From assembly GCA_050246755.1 (NCBI GenBank), contig JBFWVL010000001.1:288001-352000 (forward strand): a DNA stretch of 64,000 bases, read 5' to 3'. Within the stretch, counting starts at the first letter, position 1; each line of letters opens with the position of its first letter. The translations under genes were made by a program, and so were the position numbers. The notes below the pieces were generated by a model. The model had not been told where the DNA came from. It made no database searches and was given only the letters and a program-made list of their open reading frames with translations. This document shows, one piece after another, positions 28,983 to 39,669 of the stretch. The DNA is from Bacteriovoracia bacterium. GTDB lineage: Bacteria > Bdellovibrionota > UBA1018 > CAIPTA01.

Positions 28983-30658
28983 AAATGACAGGACAAAGGG
29001 TACGGACGCCCGGGTCCAAAGGCCCGGCCGGATACGCGCAGGATCACCGGGGCCTGTCGGCGCTTGTGCTCGTTGAGACGCACGGACTTTTTAATCCGTT
29101 CGAGCAAGGCTAGATCGGCTTTAGGAAAGTTTTTTCGTAATTCGGGCAGCGCCTCGGCCGGATCCAACTCCTCTTCCACTAGAATCTTCAGCGCTGCATC
29201 CAGGAGATCATAGGGAGGCAGGCTGTCCTGATCCGTTTGGTTCGGGCGCAGCTCGGCGGAAGGCGCTTTGGTAAAAGTATTCTCCGGAATCCACTGGCGG
29301 CCTTCGTTGAGGTAGCGAGCCAGCTCATATACTTCGGTCTTATAGAGATCGCCGATCGGCGCGATCGCTCCGCACATATCGCCGTAGAGCGTGGAGTACC
29401 CCATCGCGAATTCGCTCTTATTGCCGGTGGCAAGGGCGAGTGCCTGAAATTTATTGGCGAAGGCCATTACCGCCACGCCGCGGAGCCGCGACTGGAGGTT
29501 TTCTTCGGTGGTATCGTCGGCCATGCCCGAAAAAAAAGGCCTGAGCGCCATCGACATCGTGGAATGCGGCATCTTGATGGGAAAATGGTGGAGCTTGATA
29601 CCAGCCGCATGCGCCAGCGCCTCCGCGTCTTCGATACTGTGCACGGAAGAAAACTTACTCGGCATCGCGAGCGCGATCACGTTCGCCGCTCCCACGGCCT
29701 CGCAGGCCAGAGCCGCCACGAGGGCGGAATCGATGCCGCCGGAAAGGCCGAGCACCACGCGCTGAAAACCGTTCTTGCTTAAATAATCGCGGATCCCTAG
29801 CACCAGCATATTGCGCAGAGTTTCGAGCTCAAGATTGGCAGGCCGGGTGCCGGAGGGTTTCTTCCCATCGTCCCGCAGCCAGAGCAATTCGGCGTCGGCG
29901 CTTTGTTTTTCGGCGAGGAGCGCGCCGTCCGGTCCGAACTGAAAGGCATCGCCGTCGAAAATAATTTCGTCCTGCGCACCGAACAGATTCACGTAGGCGA
30001 TGGGCAAAGAGAATTCTTTGGCCTCTTTAGCGATGGTCTCGCGCCGGCGGTTTTTCTTCGTGCGCTCGTAGGGCGAGGCGGAGATATTGACGAGAAAATC
30101 GCAGCCCTGTTCTTTTAGGTAGCGAGTGGGATTACCACGGTAGAGATTACGCCCGCGGATGGTCATTTCATCCCAGGAATCCTCGCAGATCAAAAGCCCC
30201 AGCTTTTTTCCGCCGAACTCGATGGGCGCGCGGAAAGACTCCGGTAGATTTTCGGCCGAATCGAAATAGCGGTTCTCGGTGAATACGTCGTAGTAAGGCA
30301 GCAGGGTTTTTGCGCGCACTTCCCGGGTTTCACCCTGAAGAAAAACCGCGCAGTTGGCAAGGCCTTTGGGATTGGAGCCGGTGGCATCCACGCCGAGTGA
30401 GGTGCCCACGATCACCGCGAGCTTGGGATATTCTTTTTTCAGCCAAGAATGGAATTCGGAAAGCTGTTTCTCGCATTTAGCGGCCCAGGAAGGACGCACG
30501 AGGAGATCGCGGGGAAAATATCCCACGAGCGAGAGCTCAGGAAAAACTACGAGATCAGCGCCTTCGGTAGCGGCGGCTTTTATGCGGGCGCGGTGGATTT
30601 CGAGGTTATGCTCGAAATCCCCCACTTTCCCGTTGATCGGTTGGAGGGCCAGCTTCAT
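28979..30658 (-). CDS. nadE: Glutamine-dependent NAD+ synthetase
   Basis: Nitrilase domain (FPEL, KTLLPYYDVF, ICED) plus SGGIDS, ENLQSR, TGNKSE, PSAEL. Confidence 0.97.
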   Translation of the reverse strand: MKLALQPINGKVGDFEHNLEIHRARIKAAATEGADLVVFPELSLVGYFPRDLLVRPSWAAKCEKQLSEFHSWLKKEYPKLAVIVGTSLGVDATGSNPKGLANCAVFLQGETREVRAKTLLPYYDVFTENRYFDSAENLPESFRAPIEFGGKKLGLLICEDSWDEMTIRGRNLYRGNPTRYLKEQGCDFLVNISASPYERTKKNRRRETIAKEAKEFSLPIAYVNLFGAQDEIIFDGDAFQFGPDGALLAEKQSADAELLWLRDDGKKPSGTRPANLELETLRNMLVLGIRDYLSKNGFQRVVLGLSGGIDSALVAALACEAVGAANVIALAMPSKFSSVHSIEDAEALAHAAGIKLHHFPIKMPHSTMSMALRPFFSGMADDTTEENLQSRLRGVAVMAFANKFQALALATGNKSEFAMGYSTLYGDMCGAIAPIGDLYKTEVYELARYLNEGRQWIPENTFTKAPSAELRPNQTDQDSLPPYDLLDAALKILVEEELDPAEALPELRKNFPKADLALLERIKKSVRLNEHKRRQAPVILRVSGRAFGPGRPYPLSCHF

Positions 30659-30673
30659 AGCGGCTCCTGGCGA

Positions 30674-31102
30674 TTACTCGCGGTGGCAAACTTCGTTTTT
30701 GTCGAAGAAGTAAGCGAGCTCGCGCTGAGCGGATGCGGCCGAATCGCTGCCGTGAACGGCGTTGGCTTCGATCGAATCGGCGAAGTCTTTGCGGAGCGTG
30801 CCGGGAGCGGCCTTGCCCGGATCGGTAGCGCCCATGATCTCGCGGTTGCGGAGAACGGCGTTCTCGCCTTTAAGGGCCATCAACAGAATCGGGCCGCTCG
30901 TCATGAAACGAATGAGGCTTTCGAAAAAGGGACGGTCTTTGTGTTCAATATAAAAGCCTTCGGCTTTTTCGCGGGGAAGCTTCGTCATCTTCGCGGCCAC
31001 AACTTCGAGACCAGAGTCTTCGAAACGGGTGATGATTTTGCCGATCACGTTCTTCTTAACGGCATTGGGCTTCACGATAGAAAAAGTTGTCTCAACGGGC
31101 AT
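30674..31102 (-). CDS. ndk: Nucleoside diphosphate kinase
   Basis: IVKPNA, PGTLR, NAVHGSD. Confidence 0.98.
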   Translation of the reverse strand: MPVETTFSIVKPNAVKKNVIGKIITRFEDSGLEVVAAKMTKLPREKAEGFYIEHKDRPFFESLIRFMTSGPILLMALKGENAVLRNREIMGATDPGKAAPGTLRKDFADSIEANAVHGSDSAASAQRELAYFFDKNEVCHRE

Positions 31103-31244
31103 GAAATTCTCCTTATGATTCAGAAACCTGGGAACTAAACGTTAGGCCTGAGGTGGGCTTAGTTATGGCAAAAGCTCCTGGGAATGACAAGCCCTTTGGC
31201 TATCTTGAAGAAACCCTAAATTGTCGCAGAGCAAGAAGAGCCGC

Positions 31245-31751
31245 TTATATTTTTTTGCTCAAATACAAAACTAAATCATCCCCGGCCTGCACCATCTCCC
31301 CATACTGAGCGGGCCTATTTCCCGAATACAGCCCGCGCCCATCGGGCATATAGCCCAAACGATGGTACAAACGCTGCGCACTTCCGTAGTCGGCGAGTAA
31401 ACCTACTCCGAGACCAATTTCTTCGTGCCCGCGCGCACGCGCCAACGCCTCGCACTCTTGCATTAAACTTTTTCCAAGCCCGCGTTGGCGAAATGCCGGC
31501 ATCACGTGGAGGTCCACGATCTCCGGGATATTTAAATGTTGGAAGCTCGGGTAACGGGAATCCCACACCACGGTCACGTAACCGGCGAAAGTTCCATTCT
31601 CGCGACCCACAAAAACGGAACGGTAGCCCGCGGACTGCTCGCGCAAATAAGTTTCGTACTGCAGGCGCGGCTTATCCCAGCCTAATGCGCGAAAAGAATC
31701 GGCGATCTCGCTGAGATCCGCTTCGCGTAGAGAATGGAAAGTTATGGCCAT
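31245..31751 (-). CDS. GNAT family N-acetyltransferase
   Basis: VMPAFRQRGLG, AQRLYHRLGY. Confidence 0.9.
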   Translation of the reverse strand: MAITFHSLREADLSEIADSFRALGWDKPRLQYETYLREQSAGYRSVFVGRENGTFAGYVTVVWDSRYPSFQHLNIPEIVDLHVMPAFRQRGLGKSLMQECEALARARGHEEIGLGVGLLADYGSAQRLYHRLGYMPDGRGLYSGNRPAQYGEMVQAGDDLVLYLSKKI

Positions 31752-31757
31752 GATTTC

Positions 31758-31862
31758 CTAGCGTTGGTGGAGCGTGGTGCGCACTTGGCGCCAGTAGAGG
31801 CGGCGCCCCCACTGCGCCCAGTAAAGGTGAATGGCGATGAAGATCCAGAGGTATTCGAACAT
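31758..31862 (-). CDS. Possible 34-aa Trp-rich hydrophobic peptide (below ORF-track cutoff)
   Basis: MFEYLWIFIAIHLYWAQWGRRLYWRQVRTTLHQR*, ending 6 nt before the GNAT start. Confidence 0.35.
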   Translation of the reverse strand: MFEYLWIFIAIHLYWAQWGRRLYWRQVRTTLHQR

Positions 31863-31863
31863 G

Positions 31864-31903
31864 AAAAAGCCACCCTTCTACCGCAAAGTAGAATCAGGTG
31901 GCT
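31864..31903 (-). terminator. Intrinsic terminator ending the mdh-sucCD transcript
   Basis: AGCCACC-TGA-TTCTAC-loop-GTAGAA-G-GGTGGCT followed by a T tract. Confidence 0.7.
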
Positions 31904-31928
31904 GCTTTCCACAAGCAAAATTTCAACG

Positions 31929-32252
31929 CTACTTAAACGCGTAGCCGCAGGCGTAGATCGAGGTGAGGCACGTGCACTCTTGGCCGGCCGGAGGCGTCGA
32001 CCCAGCCGGACTGCCTTCGCTCTTCGCAATGCAGGTCACGTCGGCCTCGCCTTTTTTCTTGCCCATGAGGCAATCGCTCGCGGCTTTGCAGGATCCGCCA
32101 GTCTGGGTGCCACGCACCACCTTGGCCGGGGATGCGGCCATACGCTCAGTGGTTTTCTTTTTCACCGCCGCCGACATATCCGAAAACGCTTCGCCCTCGG
32201 CGAACGCATTTAGAGAGATCAGCGAGAACAGACAAAGGAGAACTAATTTCAT
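31929..32252 (-). CDS. Small secreted Cys-rich protein
   Basis: Signal peptide (NAFA) and six Cys in the mature part. Confidence 0.7.
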   Translation of the reverse strand: MKLVLLCLFSLISLNAFAEGEAFSDMSAAVKKKTTERMAASPAKVVRGTQTGGSCKAASDCLMGKKKGEADVTCIAKSEGSPAGSTPPAGQECTCLTSIYACGYAFK

Positions 32253-32260
32253 CTTCAACC

Positions 32261-33136
32261 TCACTTTCCAATTCGTTTTGCGATCGTGGCGCCGAGATCT
32301 CCAGGGCTGCGGCAGATCATCACGCCCGCGGCCTCGAGCGCCTCGAACTTGGCTTTGGCCGTACCCTTACCGCCCGAGATAATCGCTCCGGCGTGGCCCA
32401 TGCGGCGCCCGGGGGGAGCCGCCGAACCGGCGATGAAGGCCGCCACCGGCTTCTTCATATTCGCCTTGATCCAAGCGGCGGCATTCTCTTCGGCCGAGCC
32501 GCCGATTTCGCCGATCATGATCACGGCTTCGGTTTTCGGATCCTTATTGAAGAGATCGAGCACGTCGATAAAGTTGGTGCCATTCACAGGATCTCCACCA
32601 ATGCCCACGGCCGTGCTCTGGCCGATGCCGAGCTGGGTGAGCTGGTGCACGGCTTCGTACGTGAGGGTACCGGAGCGGGAAAGCACGCCCACGGAGCCAG
32701 GCTTATGGATATGGCCGGGCATGATCCCGATTTTGCATTCGCCGGGAGTGATCACGCCGGGGCAATTTGGGCCGATGAGGCGGGTGCGCTTGCCCTTCAT
32801 GAACTGCTTCACTTTGAGCATATCGTTCACGGGAATTCCTTCGGTGATCGCCACGATCAAATCGAGGTCGGCATCCACGCCCTCCGCGATGGCATCGGCC
32901 GCGAAAGCCGGCGGCACGAAGAGCATCGAAACGGTGGCACCGGTCTGTTTTTTGGCTTCGGCCACCGAATCAAAGATCGGCACCTTATCCATGAACTTGG
33001 TGCCGCCTTTTCCGGGAGTAACGCCGGCCACGATTTTAGAGCCGTAGGCCAGGCACTGCTCGGCGTGGAAGGATCCGTGCTTGCCGGTGATTCCCTGCAC
33101 GAGGATCTTGGTATCTTTGTTAACGAAGATAGACAT
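32261..33136 (-). CDS. sucD: Succinyl-CoA synthetase alpha subunit
   Basis: [27 protein letters not shown]. Confidence 0.98.
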   Translation of the reverse strand: MSIFVNKDTKILVQGITGKHGSFHAEQCLAYGSKIVAGVTPGKGGTKFMDKVPIFDSVAEAKKQTGATVSMLFVPPAFAADAIAEGVDADLDLIVAITEGIPVNDMLKVKQFMKGKRTRLIGPNCPGVITPGECKIGIMPGHIHKPGSVGVLSRSGTLTYEAVHQLTQLGIGQSTAVGIGGDPVNGTNFIDVLDLFNKDPKTEAVIMIGEIGGSAEENAAAWIKANMKKPVAAFIAGSAAPPGRRMGHAGAIISGGKGTAKAKFEALEAAGVMICRSPGDLGATIAKRIGK

Positions 33137-34308
33137 TAGAGTTTCCCTTTCGCGGCCAGCACGGCTTTCTTAGCGGCGTCGTTGAGATCGTCGGCGGCGG
33201 TGATCTTGAGGCCTGAGCCCGCGAGCAGCTCCTTGCCCTTCTCCACGTTCGTGCCCTGAAGGCGCACCACCAGCGGCACGGTTAGTTTCATGTTTCTCGC
33301 GGCGGCGATGATGCCTTCCGCGATGATGTCGCACTTCATGATGCCGCCGAAAATATTCACGAGAATCGCCTTCACCTTTGGATCGGAGAGGATAATCTTG
33401 AAGGCCGCTTCCACTTTTTCCTTATCCGCGCCGCCGCCCACGTCGAGGAAATTCGCGGGCGAGCCGCCGGCGAGCTGGATGATGTCGAGGGTGGCCATCG
33501 CGAGGCCGGCGCCGTTCACCATGCAGCCGATATCGCCGTCGAGGGAGATATAGGCCAATTCATATTCGGAAGCGGCGATCTCGCCGGCCGTTTCCTCGTC
33601 GAGGTCGCGCATGGCCACCACTTCGGGGTGGCGGAAGAGCGCGTTGTCTTCGAAGTTCAGCTTGCCATCGAGGGGCATGATCTTCTGCTCTTTCGTGACG
33701 ATGAGGGGATTGATCTCCACCATCGAGCAATCGTATTTAAAATAAAACTTATAGAGTTTCTCGCCGATATCGGCCACTTGCTTGCGTAGCGCGGGATCTT
33801 TCAAGCCGAAGGCATCGCCGAGCTTGCGCCCGTGGAAGGGCATGAATCCCAGCGTAGGGTCTACGCTGATGGTATGAATTTTCTCGGGATGAGAGGCTGA
33901 AACCTCCTCGATATCCATACCGCCTTCAGTGGAAGCGATGAAGGCCACGGTGGAAGTATCCCGGTCCATGATGATCGATAGGTAAAACTCCTTCTCGATA
34001 TTGGAGCCTTCTTCCACGAGAACTTTTTTTACTTTTTTGCCTTCGGGGCCCGTCTGGTGGGTCACGAGCTGCATGCCGAGAATTTTCTGCGCATTGGTTT
34101 TTACCTCATCGAGGGATTTACAAACTTTTACTCCCCCGCCCTTCCCGCGCCCGCCCGCGTGGATCTGGGCCTTCACCACCGTTACGGCGGTGCCCAGCTC
34201 TTTGGCGGCGGCTACGGCTTCGTCTACCGTGAAGGCCACTTTCCCTTTGGGGGTAGGAATGCCTTCTTTGCGAAATAATTCTTTGGCCTGGTACTCATGA
34301 ACGTTCAT
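33136..34308 (-). CDS. sucC: Succinyl-CoA synthetase beta subunit
   Basis: [38 protein letters not shown]. Confidence 0.98.
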   Translation of the reverse strand: MNVHEYQAKELFRKEGIPTPKGKVAFTVDEAVAAAKELGTAVTVVKAQIHAGGRGKGGGVKVCKSLDEVKTNAQKILGMQLVTHQTGPEGKKVKKVLVEEGSNIEKEFYLSIIMDRDTSTVAFIASTEGGMDIEEVSASHPEKIHTISVDPTLGFMPFHGRKLGDAFGLKDPALRKQVADIGEKLYKFYFKYDCSMVEINPLIVTKEQKIMPLDGKLNFEDNALFRHPEVVAMRDLDEETAGEIAASEYELAYISLDGDIGCMVNGAGLAMATLDIIQLAGGSPANFLDVGGGADKEKVEAAFKIILSDPKVKAILVNIFGGIMKCDIIAEGIIAAARNMKLTVPLVVRLQGTNVEKGKELLAGSGLKITAADDLNDAAKKAVLAAKGKL

Positions 34309-34361
34309 TGAAAACCCTCTCTCTTAACTGCCAACGGAAAACAGCCCACCGCCAACTGCCG

Positions 34362-35297
34362 CTACTTATTCTTCGCCAGTACGTCCACGAGCTCCTGCAC
34401 AGATTTCGCGGATTTTTGGAAGCCGGCCTTTTCTTCCTCGGTCATCTCGAGGGGCATGATCTGCTCAATCCCGTTGCTGCCGATTTTCGCGAGCACGCCC
34501 ACGAAGAGGCCTTTCACGCCGAACTCGCCTTCGAGGTAGCAGGCGCAGGGAAGAACGCGTTTCTTGTCTTTGATGATCGCTTCGGCCATTTGCACGGCGG
34601 AAGAAGAAGGAGCGTAGAACGCGGAACCGGTCTTGAGGAGGCCCACGATCTCGGCGCCGCCCGAGGCCGTGCGCTTCACGAGAGCATCGATCTTATCTTT
34701 CGGAAGAAGCTGAGGGAGCGGAATACCACCCACGGTTACGTAACGGGGCATAGGCACCATAGTGTCGCCGTGGCCGCCGTATACGAAGGCATTCACGTCT
34801 TCCACGGAAACATTCAGTTCCCGCGCGATGAACGTGCGGAAGCGGGCGCCGTCGAGCACGCCGGCCATGCCGATCACGCGGCTCTTGGGGAAGCCCGAAG
34901 CTTCCATGGCCACGTGGCACATGGCATCGAGCGGGTTCGATACGATGATGAGCACGGCTTTGGGGGAAAATTTCGCGGCATTCGCGGCGCACTCTTTCAC
35001 GATCTTGGCGTTCGTGAGGAGCAAATCATCGCGGCTCATGCCGGGTTTGCGGGGAAGGCCGGCGGTGATGATCACCACGTCGGAATCAGCGGAAGCGGCG
35101 TAGTCGGATCCACCGGTCACGTTGGCATCGAAGCCTTCTACGGGGCCGGACTGCGCGAGGTCGAGGGCTTTACCCGCGGCCATCTCGCCATTGATGTCGA
35201 TCAGGCAAACATCGGCCAATTCTTTCGAAGCGATCCAGTGGGCCGCCGTGCTGCCAACGAACCCACCACCAACCACCGTAATTTTCGCGCGTTTCAT
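34362..35297 (-). CDS. mdh: Malate dehydrogenase (LDH-like)
   Basis: [32 protein letters not shown]. Confidence 0.97.
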   Translation of the reverse strand: MKRAKITVVGGGFVGSTAAHWIASKELADVCLIDINGEMAAGKALDLAQSGPVEGFDANVTGGSDYAASADSDVVIITAGLPRKPGMSRDDLLLTNAKIVKECAANAAKFSPKAVLIIVSNPLDAMCHVAMEASGFPKSRVIGMAGVLDGARFRTFIARELNVSVEDVNAFVYGGHGDTMVPMPRYVTVGGIPLPQLLPKDKIDALVKRTASGGAEIVGLLKTGSAFYAPSSSAVQMAEAIIKDKKRVLPCACYLEGEFGVKGLFVGVLAKIGSNGIEQIMPLEMTEEEKAGFQKSAKSVQELVDVLAKNK

Positions 35298-35480
35298 CGA
35301 TATCTCCTGCAAATGACTGAATTTTTTGGTTGATTCATCATACTGCTAGAGGAAATGTTCGCAATTGAATTCTCCTATGGCGGAATGCGCATCCGCTACC
35401 GTGGTGCGCAAAAGACGGAACTATCGCGCCATGACGGTTCCCTCTCCTGCACCGCCCCACAACTATGCTAAAATAAAAGC

Positions 35481-36323
35481 ATGAAAATCGGTCCCTACAC
35501 CCTCCATACCCTCGAACTCGGTTCCTTCGGCCTCGATGGCGGCGCCATGTTCGGCATCGTGCCCAAAGTTCTCTGGCAAAAAGAAAATCCCGCCGACGAG
35601 CAGAACCGCATCGATATGCGCACCCGCTGCCTCCTGATCCGGGGAGCGGGGAAAAATATCCTGGTGGACTGCGGCCTCGGCGACAAAGACGACGCGAAAT
35701 TCAAGGAGCGCTACAAAGTGGCTCCTTACGCCCTCGACCGGGAGCTGGCGCGCCTGGGGCTCCGGGCCGAAGACATCACCGACGTGATCGCCACCCACTT
35801 CCATTTCGATCACATGGGCGGGCTCACGAAATTTGATTCGGCGGGGCAATTGACTTCCCGCTTTCCGAACGCCCGCGTTTGGGCGCAAAAGCGCAACTGG
35901 GCTCACGCCTGGAAACCGAACGAAAAAGACAAAGCCTCCTATCTTTTAGACAACTACTCCATCTACCAGGGCGATTCCCGCTTGCGTCTCGTGGACGGCC
36001 CGGAAGAGATCCTGCCCGGCATCCGCATGGTGATCTCCGAGGGCCACACCGTCGGCATGCAGCATCCGCTGATCTCCGACGGCACGAGCTCGCTGATCTA
36101 CTGCGCCGACATCATCCCGATGAGCGCCCATGTGCGCACCGCCTGGGTGATGGGCTACGACTGCTTTCCCCTCACCACGATCGAAGAGAAGAAAAAAATC
36201 CTCGCCGAATGCGTGGCAAAGGAAACCGTGGTGTTCTTCGAGCACTGCCCGTATATGGACGGCGCCCGCATCCAATGGAACGGCAAGGATTTCGCGGTGA
36301 AGGAAAAGGTCATGCTCGGGTAG
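35481..36323 (+). CDS. MBL-fold hydrolase (YtnP-like)
   Basis: LDGGAMFG, THFHFDHMGG, GHT, ADI, H. Confidence 0.92.
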   Translation: MKIGPYTLHTLELGSFGLDGGAMFGIVPKVLWQKENPADEQNRIDMRTRCLLIRGAGKNILVDCGLGDKDDAKFKERYKVAPYALDRELARLGLRAEDITDVIATHFHFDHMGGLTKFDSAGQLTSRFPNARVWAQKRNWAHAWKPNEKDKASYLLDNYSIYQGDSRLRLVDGPEEILPGIRMVISEGHTVGMQHPLISDGTSSLIYCADIIPMSAHVRTAWVMGYDCFPLTTIEEKKKILAECVAKETVVFFEHCPYMDGARIQWNGKDFAVKEKVMLG

Positions 36324-36329
36324 CCGCGC

Positions 36330-36839
36330 CTACTTTTTTTTGGTTCCGCCCTTGTTGCATGCGGGAGCGAGAGAGGCGTAGGGGGTTTCGCAGGGTTTTT
36401 TCACGGTGATATCCTGGCACACCAAATTGAGCTCGGCGCCATTGGCTCTGTCCCTCAGCTGAACCTCCAAGTCCGCGGGACCGGCTTCGAGAATGGAAAT
36501 CGTTCGGCTGGAATAAGCCGAGCTTTTATTGGCGGTATTGGTAATTTCCCCGTGCAGCCTCATTTGGGTACCGTCGCATTCCTCGCCGCATACGATTCCC
36601 AGCTCGGCTCTCGCGCGAAAAGCTCCCGCCTCAAACTCAACCCATTCCTCGCCCTTCAGGCCATCTCGATCCCCGTTCATATTGTTGAGGGAAGAGATTT
36701 CTACGGACGCAGAGCTTTTGGCATCCGGCTCCACGCCGGCCACATACAGGCGGCACTTGGCCTGGAATACCGTTCGGTGCGCCATGGCCGGCCCGCTGGA
36801 AAAAAGAGAAAAAAGCACTAAGAGAGTGATTCGCTTCAT
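36330..36839 (-). CDS. Secreted hypothetical protein
   Basis: Signal peptide (PAMA), SD GAGG, several Cys; divergent from LysR. Confidence 0.65.
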   Translation of the reverse strand: MKRITLLVLFSLFSSGPAMAHRTVFQAKCRLYVAGVEPDAKSSASVEISSLNNMNGDRDGLKGEEWVEFEAGAFRARAELGIVCGEECDGTQMRLHGEITNTANKSSAYSSRTISILEAGPADLEVQLRDRANGAELNLVCQDITVKKPCETPYASLAPACNKGGTKKK

Positions 36840-36925
36840 GATGTTTACCTCGCTTGATTTCCTCCATAATAGGCCAAAAACAACGCATTGCATAAGGAAT
36901 GGTTTTCATAGTATCATGCCTATAA

Positions 36926-37789
36926 GTGCTACTATTGAATCAAAACCTCCAAGCCTTCCTCGCCGTAGCCGAGCTTTCCTCGATCACGGCGGCGGCTAAG
37001 CGCCTGGGTTTGGGGCAAACCGGAGCCACGAAGCGCATCCGCCTATTGGAAACCGAGCTGGGAGTCTCGCTCTTCACCCGCTCCCGCAAAGGCATGAAGC
37101 TCACGGGCGAGGGCGGAGCCTTACTGCGCCACTGCCAAGATTCGCGGGCCCGCGAAGGACGGCTGTTGGCGGAGCTGAAGAAGGGCGGCGAGGAGCAGGA
37201 AGCCGATCTCACGCTCGTGGGCCCGGCCAGCCTGATCGCCGGCCGCTTCGCCCGCCAAAGCGGGCCAATCTTTAAGAAATGGCCCAAGCTGAATCTGCGC
37301 TTCGTGATCGACACCAATGCAAATCGTTTATCCCACCTCAAGCGCGGCACCGCCGATCTCGCTATCCTCCTGGCCCACGAAGTAACGAGCGAGCTCGATT
37401 CGAAACGCCTCCAGCCCCTCGAGTACCTCATGGTGGCCACCCCAAAATGGAAGAGCCGCCCTTTCCGGGAGATCCTCGAGCGCGAAAGGCTATTCGCTTA
37501 CCACCCCGGAGATTCCACGGGCCTCGATTACCTGAAGAGCTTCGATTGCCTGGCGCACCTGAAGCGGCCACGACTCTACGTAAACGAAAACCAAGCCCTG
37601 CAAAACTTCCTTACGCTGGGGGTGGGCTTCGGGCTTTTACCGCGAGAGCTGGCCGCCGATCTGATCCATGAAGAAAAATTGGTGGCCTTAAACCAGGGAC
37701 GCGCCTTCAAGATAGAGGTGGCGCTGGCTTGGTATCCCCGTGCGGAGCCTCCCGCCTATTTCCAGGCGTTGGTGAGCGCGATGCAATAG
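36926..37789 (+). CDS. LysR family transcriptional regulator
   Basis: HTH LQAFLAVAE.SSITAAAKRL, LFTR, LTGEG; substrate-binding domain. Confidence 0.93.
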   Translation: MLLLNQNLQAFLAVAELSSITAAAKRLGLGQTGATKRIRLLETELGVSLFTRSRKGMKLTGEGGALLRHCQDSRAREGRLLAELKKGGEEQEADLTLVGPASLIAGRFARQSGPIFKKWPKLNLRFVIDTNANRLSHLKRGTADLAILLAHEVTSELDSKRLQPLEYLMVATPKWKSRPFREILERERLFAYHPGDSTGLDYLKSFDCLAHLKRPRLYVNENQALQNFLTLGVGFGLLPRELAADLIHEEKLVALNQGRAFKIEVALAWYPRAEPPAYFQALVSAMQ

Positions 37790-37800
37790 TCCACCACTAG

Positions 37801-37946
37801 CTGGCCTACTACCGTGTGCCTGGAATGAAAATCCCCTTGGGATTTCGGGCACATGAAAGATTTCAACGCCTGCGCCTCACGCAATCCCTAAAAGGTGAGT
37901 CTGATGCATGAGGTTAGCGTGACTCAGGCACACGGTAGTAGGCCAG
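37801..37946. repeat. 146-bp element with 22-bp perfect terminal inverted repeats (MITE/REPIN-like or structured RNA)
   Basis: CTGGCCTACTACCGTGTGCCTG (37801-37822) and its exact reverse complement (37925-37946); two internal hairpins. Confidence 0.8.
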
Positions 37947-38078
37947 ATTACAGCGCCCACCTCGCGACATAGACCCATGGTGTCATAACCGTCTTTCCAT
38001 TAGCCTTTCATCAAGACAGCAATCTTCATTTGCAGTTCCCTGGGCGAACCCATAGATTCCGCGCTCAAGGGGGATCTC

Positions 38079-38909
38079 ATGAAAATCTTTTTCGCTCTTC
38101 TGGCCTTCGCTCTCAGCACCAATGCCTTCGCCGTGGACAGCACCATGCCGGCCTCCACCTCGCAGACCGAGGAATCGCGCTTCTGGCCCAAAGATCTCTA
38201 CTCAGATTTATTCTCGAACTACCACGGCTCAAGCCTCAAGAAATTCGACACCAGCCGCTCCCTGGATAATAAAGGAAGGCTTGGGAAGCCCGCCACCACC
38301 AACTTCGACAGCGAGCTGGCCCTCGGCTACCACGTGGGCGAAGCCGTGCGCGTAGGCGCCGTGGTTCCCTTCCTCGCCTTTCCGGCTCCCGGCGCCACTG
38401 GCGACGCTTTCTCCCTGGGCGACGTGGGCGTGAAAGTTTCCCACTCCGACACGATCAACTGGCGCGGCGTTCACGTCTCCACCAACCTCATCCTGCAGGC
38501 GCCCTCCAGCGACTATTCCCGCAACCGCGGGCAAAAGCTCGGCATCAAAACCACGCCTTCCCTACGCTACGAATTCGCGAATTCCGATTTCTCTCTCGGC
38601 GCCTTCAACGAGCTGAAATCCTACGTGGGCGTGAACAGCGGCAAGGCTTTCAAGGTGTGGACGCTTCCTTATGTGAAGTACCGCCTGAATAAGCGTGTGG
38701 CGTTCCATCTAGCCTACGAAGTGGAAGTGGATCATATGGCGCACTCTTCGGCGCGCCTCTCGCACTACCAGCACGACCTTCAGCCCGCCGTGATCTGGAA
38801 CGTGACCAAGCACTTCATGGTGCAGCCCTATATGCAATTTTTCAGCTTGAACTCGATCAGCACGGCGCATACCGGATTCGGTACCCTGATCAGCGCCGCG
38901 ATTCTTTAG
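38079..38909 (+). CDS. Exported protein, probable outer-membrane beta-barrel
   Basis: Signal peptide (NAFA); alternating aromatic beta strands. Confidence 0.7.
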   Translation: MKIFFALLAFALSTNAFAVDSTMPASTSQTEESRFWPKDLYSDLFSNYHGSSLKKFDTSRSLDNKGRLGKPATTNFDSELALGYHVGEAVRVGAVVPFLAFPAPGATGDAFSLGDVGVKVSHSDTINWRGVHVSTNLILQAPSSDYSRNRGQKLGIKTTPSLRYEFANSDFSLGAFNELKSYVGVNSGKAFKVWTLPYVKYRLNKRVAFHLAYEVEVDHMAHSSARLSHYQHDLQPAVIWNVTKHFMVQPYMQFFSLNSISTAHTGFGTLISAAIL

Positions 38910-38910
38910 G

Positions 38911-39384
38911 CTAACGGACGATTTCCATCCGCGCGGTTTCCTGCCCAGGGCATTTAGGCCCGTCGGGGTATTCGGTTTTGTAGATCACGGCGGTGCGCTC
39001 TTCTTTAATAAAATCCTCTGGCGCTTCCACGCAATCTTTCAGGTCTTTCACGCCCAAAGAAATCTCCTCGATCCGGCTCTTGTCCATACGCTTCACCTTA
39101 ATCAGCACGCGATTTCCGGGAAGCCGTTCGAGGCGCACGATGGATGGAGCGTCGCGCATGGTTTTGCATTCCGAATATTTTTCTTTGCCTTCTACCGTAA
39201 CGCCTAAGCGAGCAGGGGTAGAATTCTTAAGATAAATCAGCACTTCTTCTTCGGGCAGCTTGAGCGAAGCCGGGCAATTCAATCCCTTATCGTCGGCCGG
39301 TTTTTTACTAGGATTGCCAAGAGTTTTGGGACCGCACGCACTAAGCAAGAGAGCGCCGGCGCCAAGAAGAAAAATATTTTTCAT
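38911..39384 (-). CDS. Hypothetical lipoprotein
   Basis: Lipobox LLSAC. Confidence 0.7.
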   Translation of the reverse strand: MKNIFLLGAGALLLSACGPKTLGNPSKKPADDKGLNCPASLKLPEEEVLIYLKNSTPARLGVTVEGKEKYSECKTMRDAPSIVRLERLPGNRVLIKVKRMDKSRIEEISLGVKDLKDCVEAPEDFIKEERTAVIYKTEYPDGPKCPGQETARMEIVR

Positions 39385-39612
39385 GCTTCATTCGAACATT
39401 TCGTTTTTGGAAAGTAAATGCGGCCGCGAAATACCTCTGCCCCAAAACGGAAAATCAGCCTGATTTCACGGGCCTAGCGGCGCTGAAACCATCTGAAATT
39501 ACTATACTTTATTGCTTTCTTCATTGTTGCAACGCTCAGCGGACCTGTTGCAATCTTCCGCAATTTTTGACGTCGCTTTTGCCAAGGCCGTGAAATTCCT
39601 GCGTTCTTCTTC

Positions 39613-39628
39613 TGGCATCGCGCTTGCT
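39613..39628 (+). promoter_or_regulatory. Sigma54 (-24/-12) promoter
   Basis: TGGCATCGCGCTTGCT closely fits TGGCAC-N5-TTGCW; two TGTTGCAA boxes about 70-90 bp upstream. Confidence 0.7.
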
Positions 39629-39669
39629 CTTACTTACTGCAGAGAAACCGAAAACCTAAGGAGTCCAAC

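Noticed and set aside
32132-35333. Long plus-strand ORFs opposite sucD, sucC and mdh (similar ones at 21097, 45892, 48272, 62234)
   Set aside because: Antisense shadows of conserved genes, expected from GC-rich codon bias; no motifs
35340-35480. Short stems and two TGCGCA palindromes between mdh and the MBL gene as a riboswitch
   Set aside because: No recognisable riboswitch consensus; they lie upstream of the likely mdh promoter (TTGCGA-N16-TATGAT)
35481-36323. Beta-lactamase call for the MBL-fold protein
   Set aside because: No signal peptide; LDGGAMFG marks the cytoplasmic YtnP-like group
37801-37946. 6S RNA or retron msr-msd interpretation, and an internal 28-codon ORF (MKIPLGF...)
   Set aside because: Too short and asymmetric for the 6S central bubble; no reverse transcriptase nearby; the ORF lacks an RBS and other support
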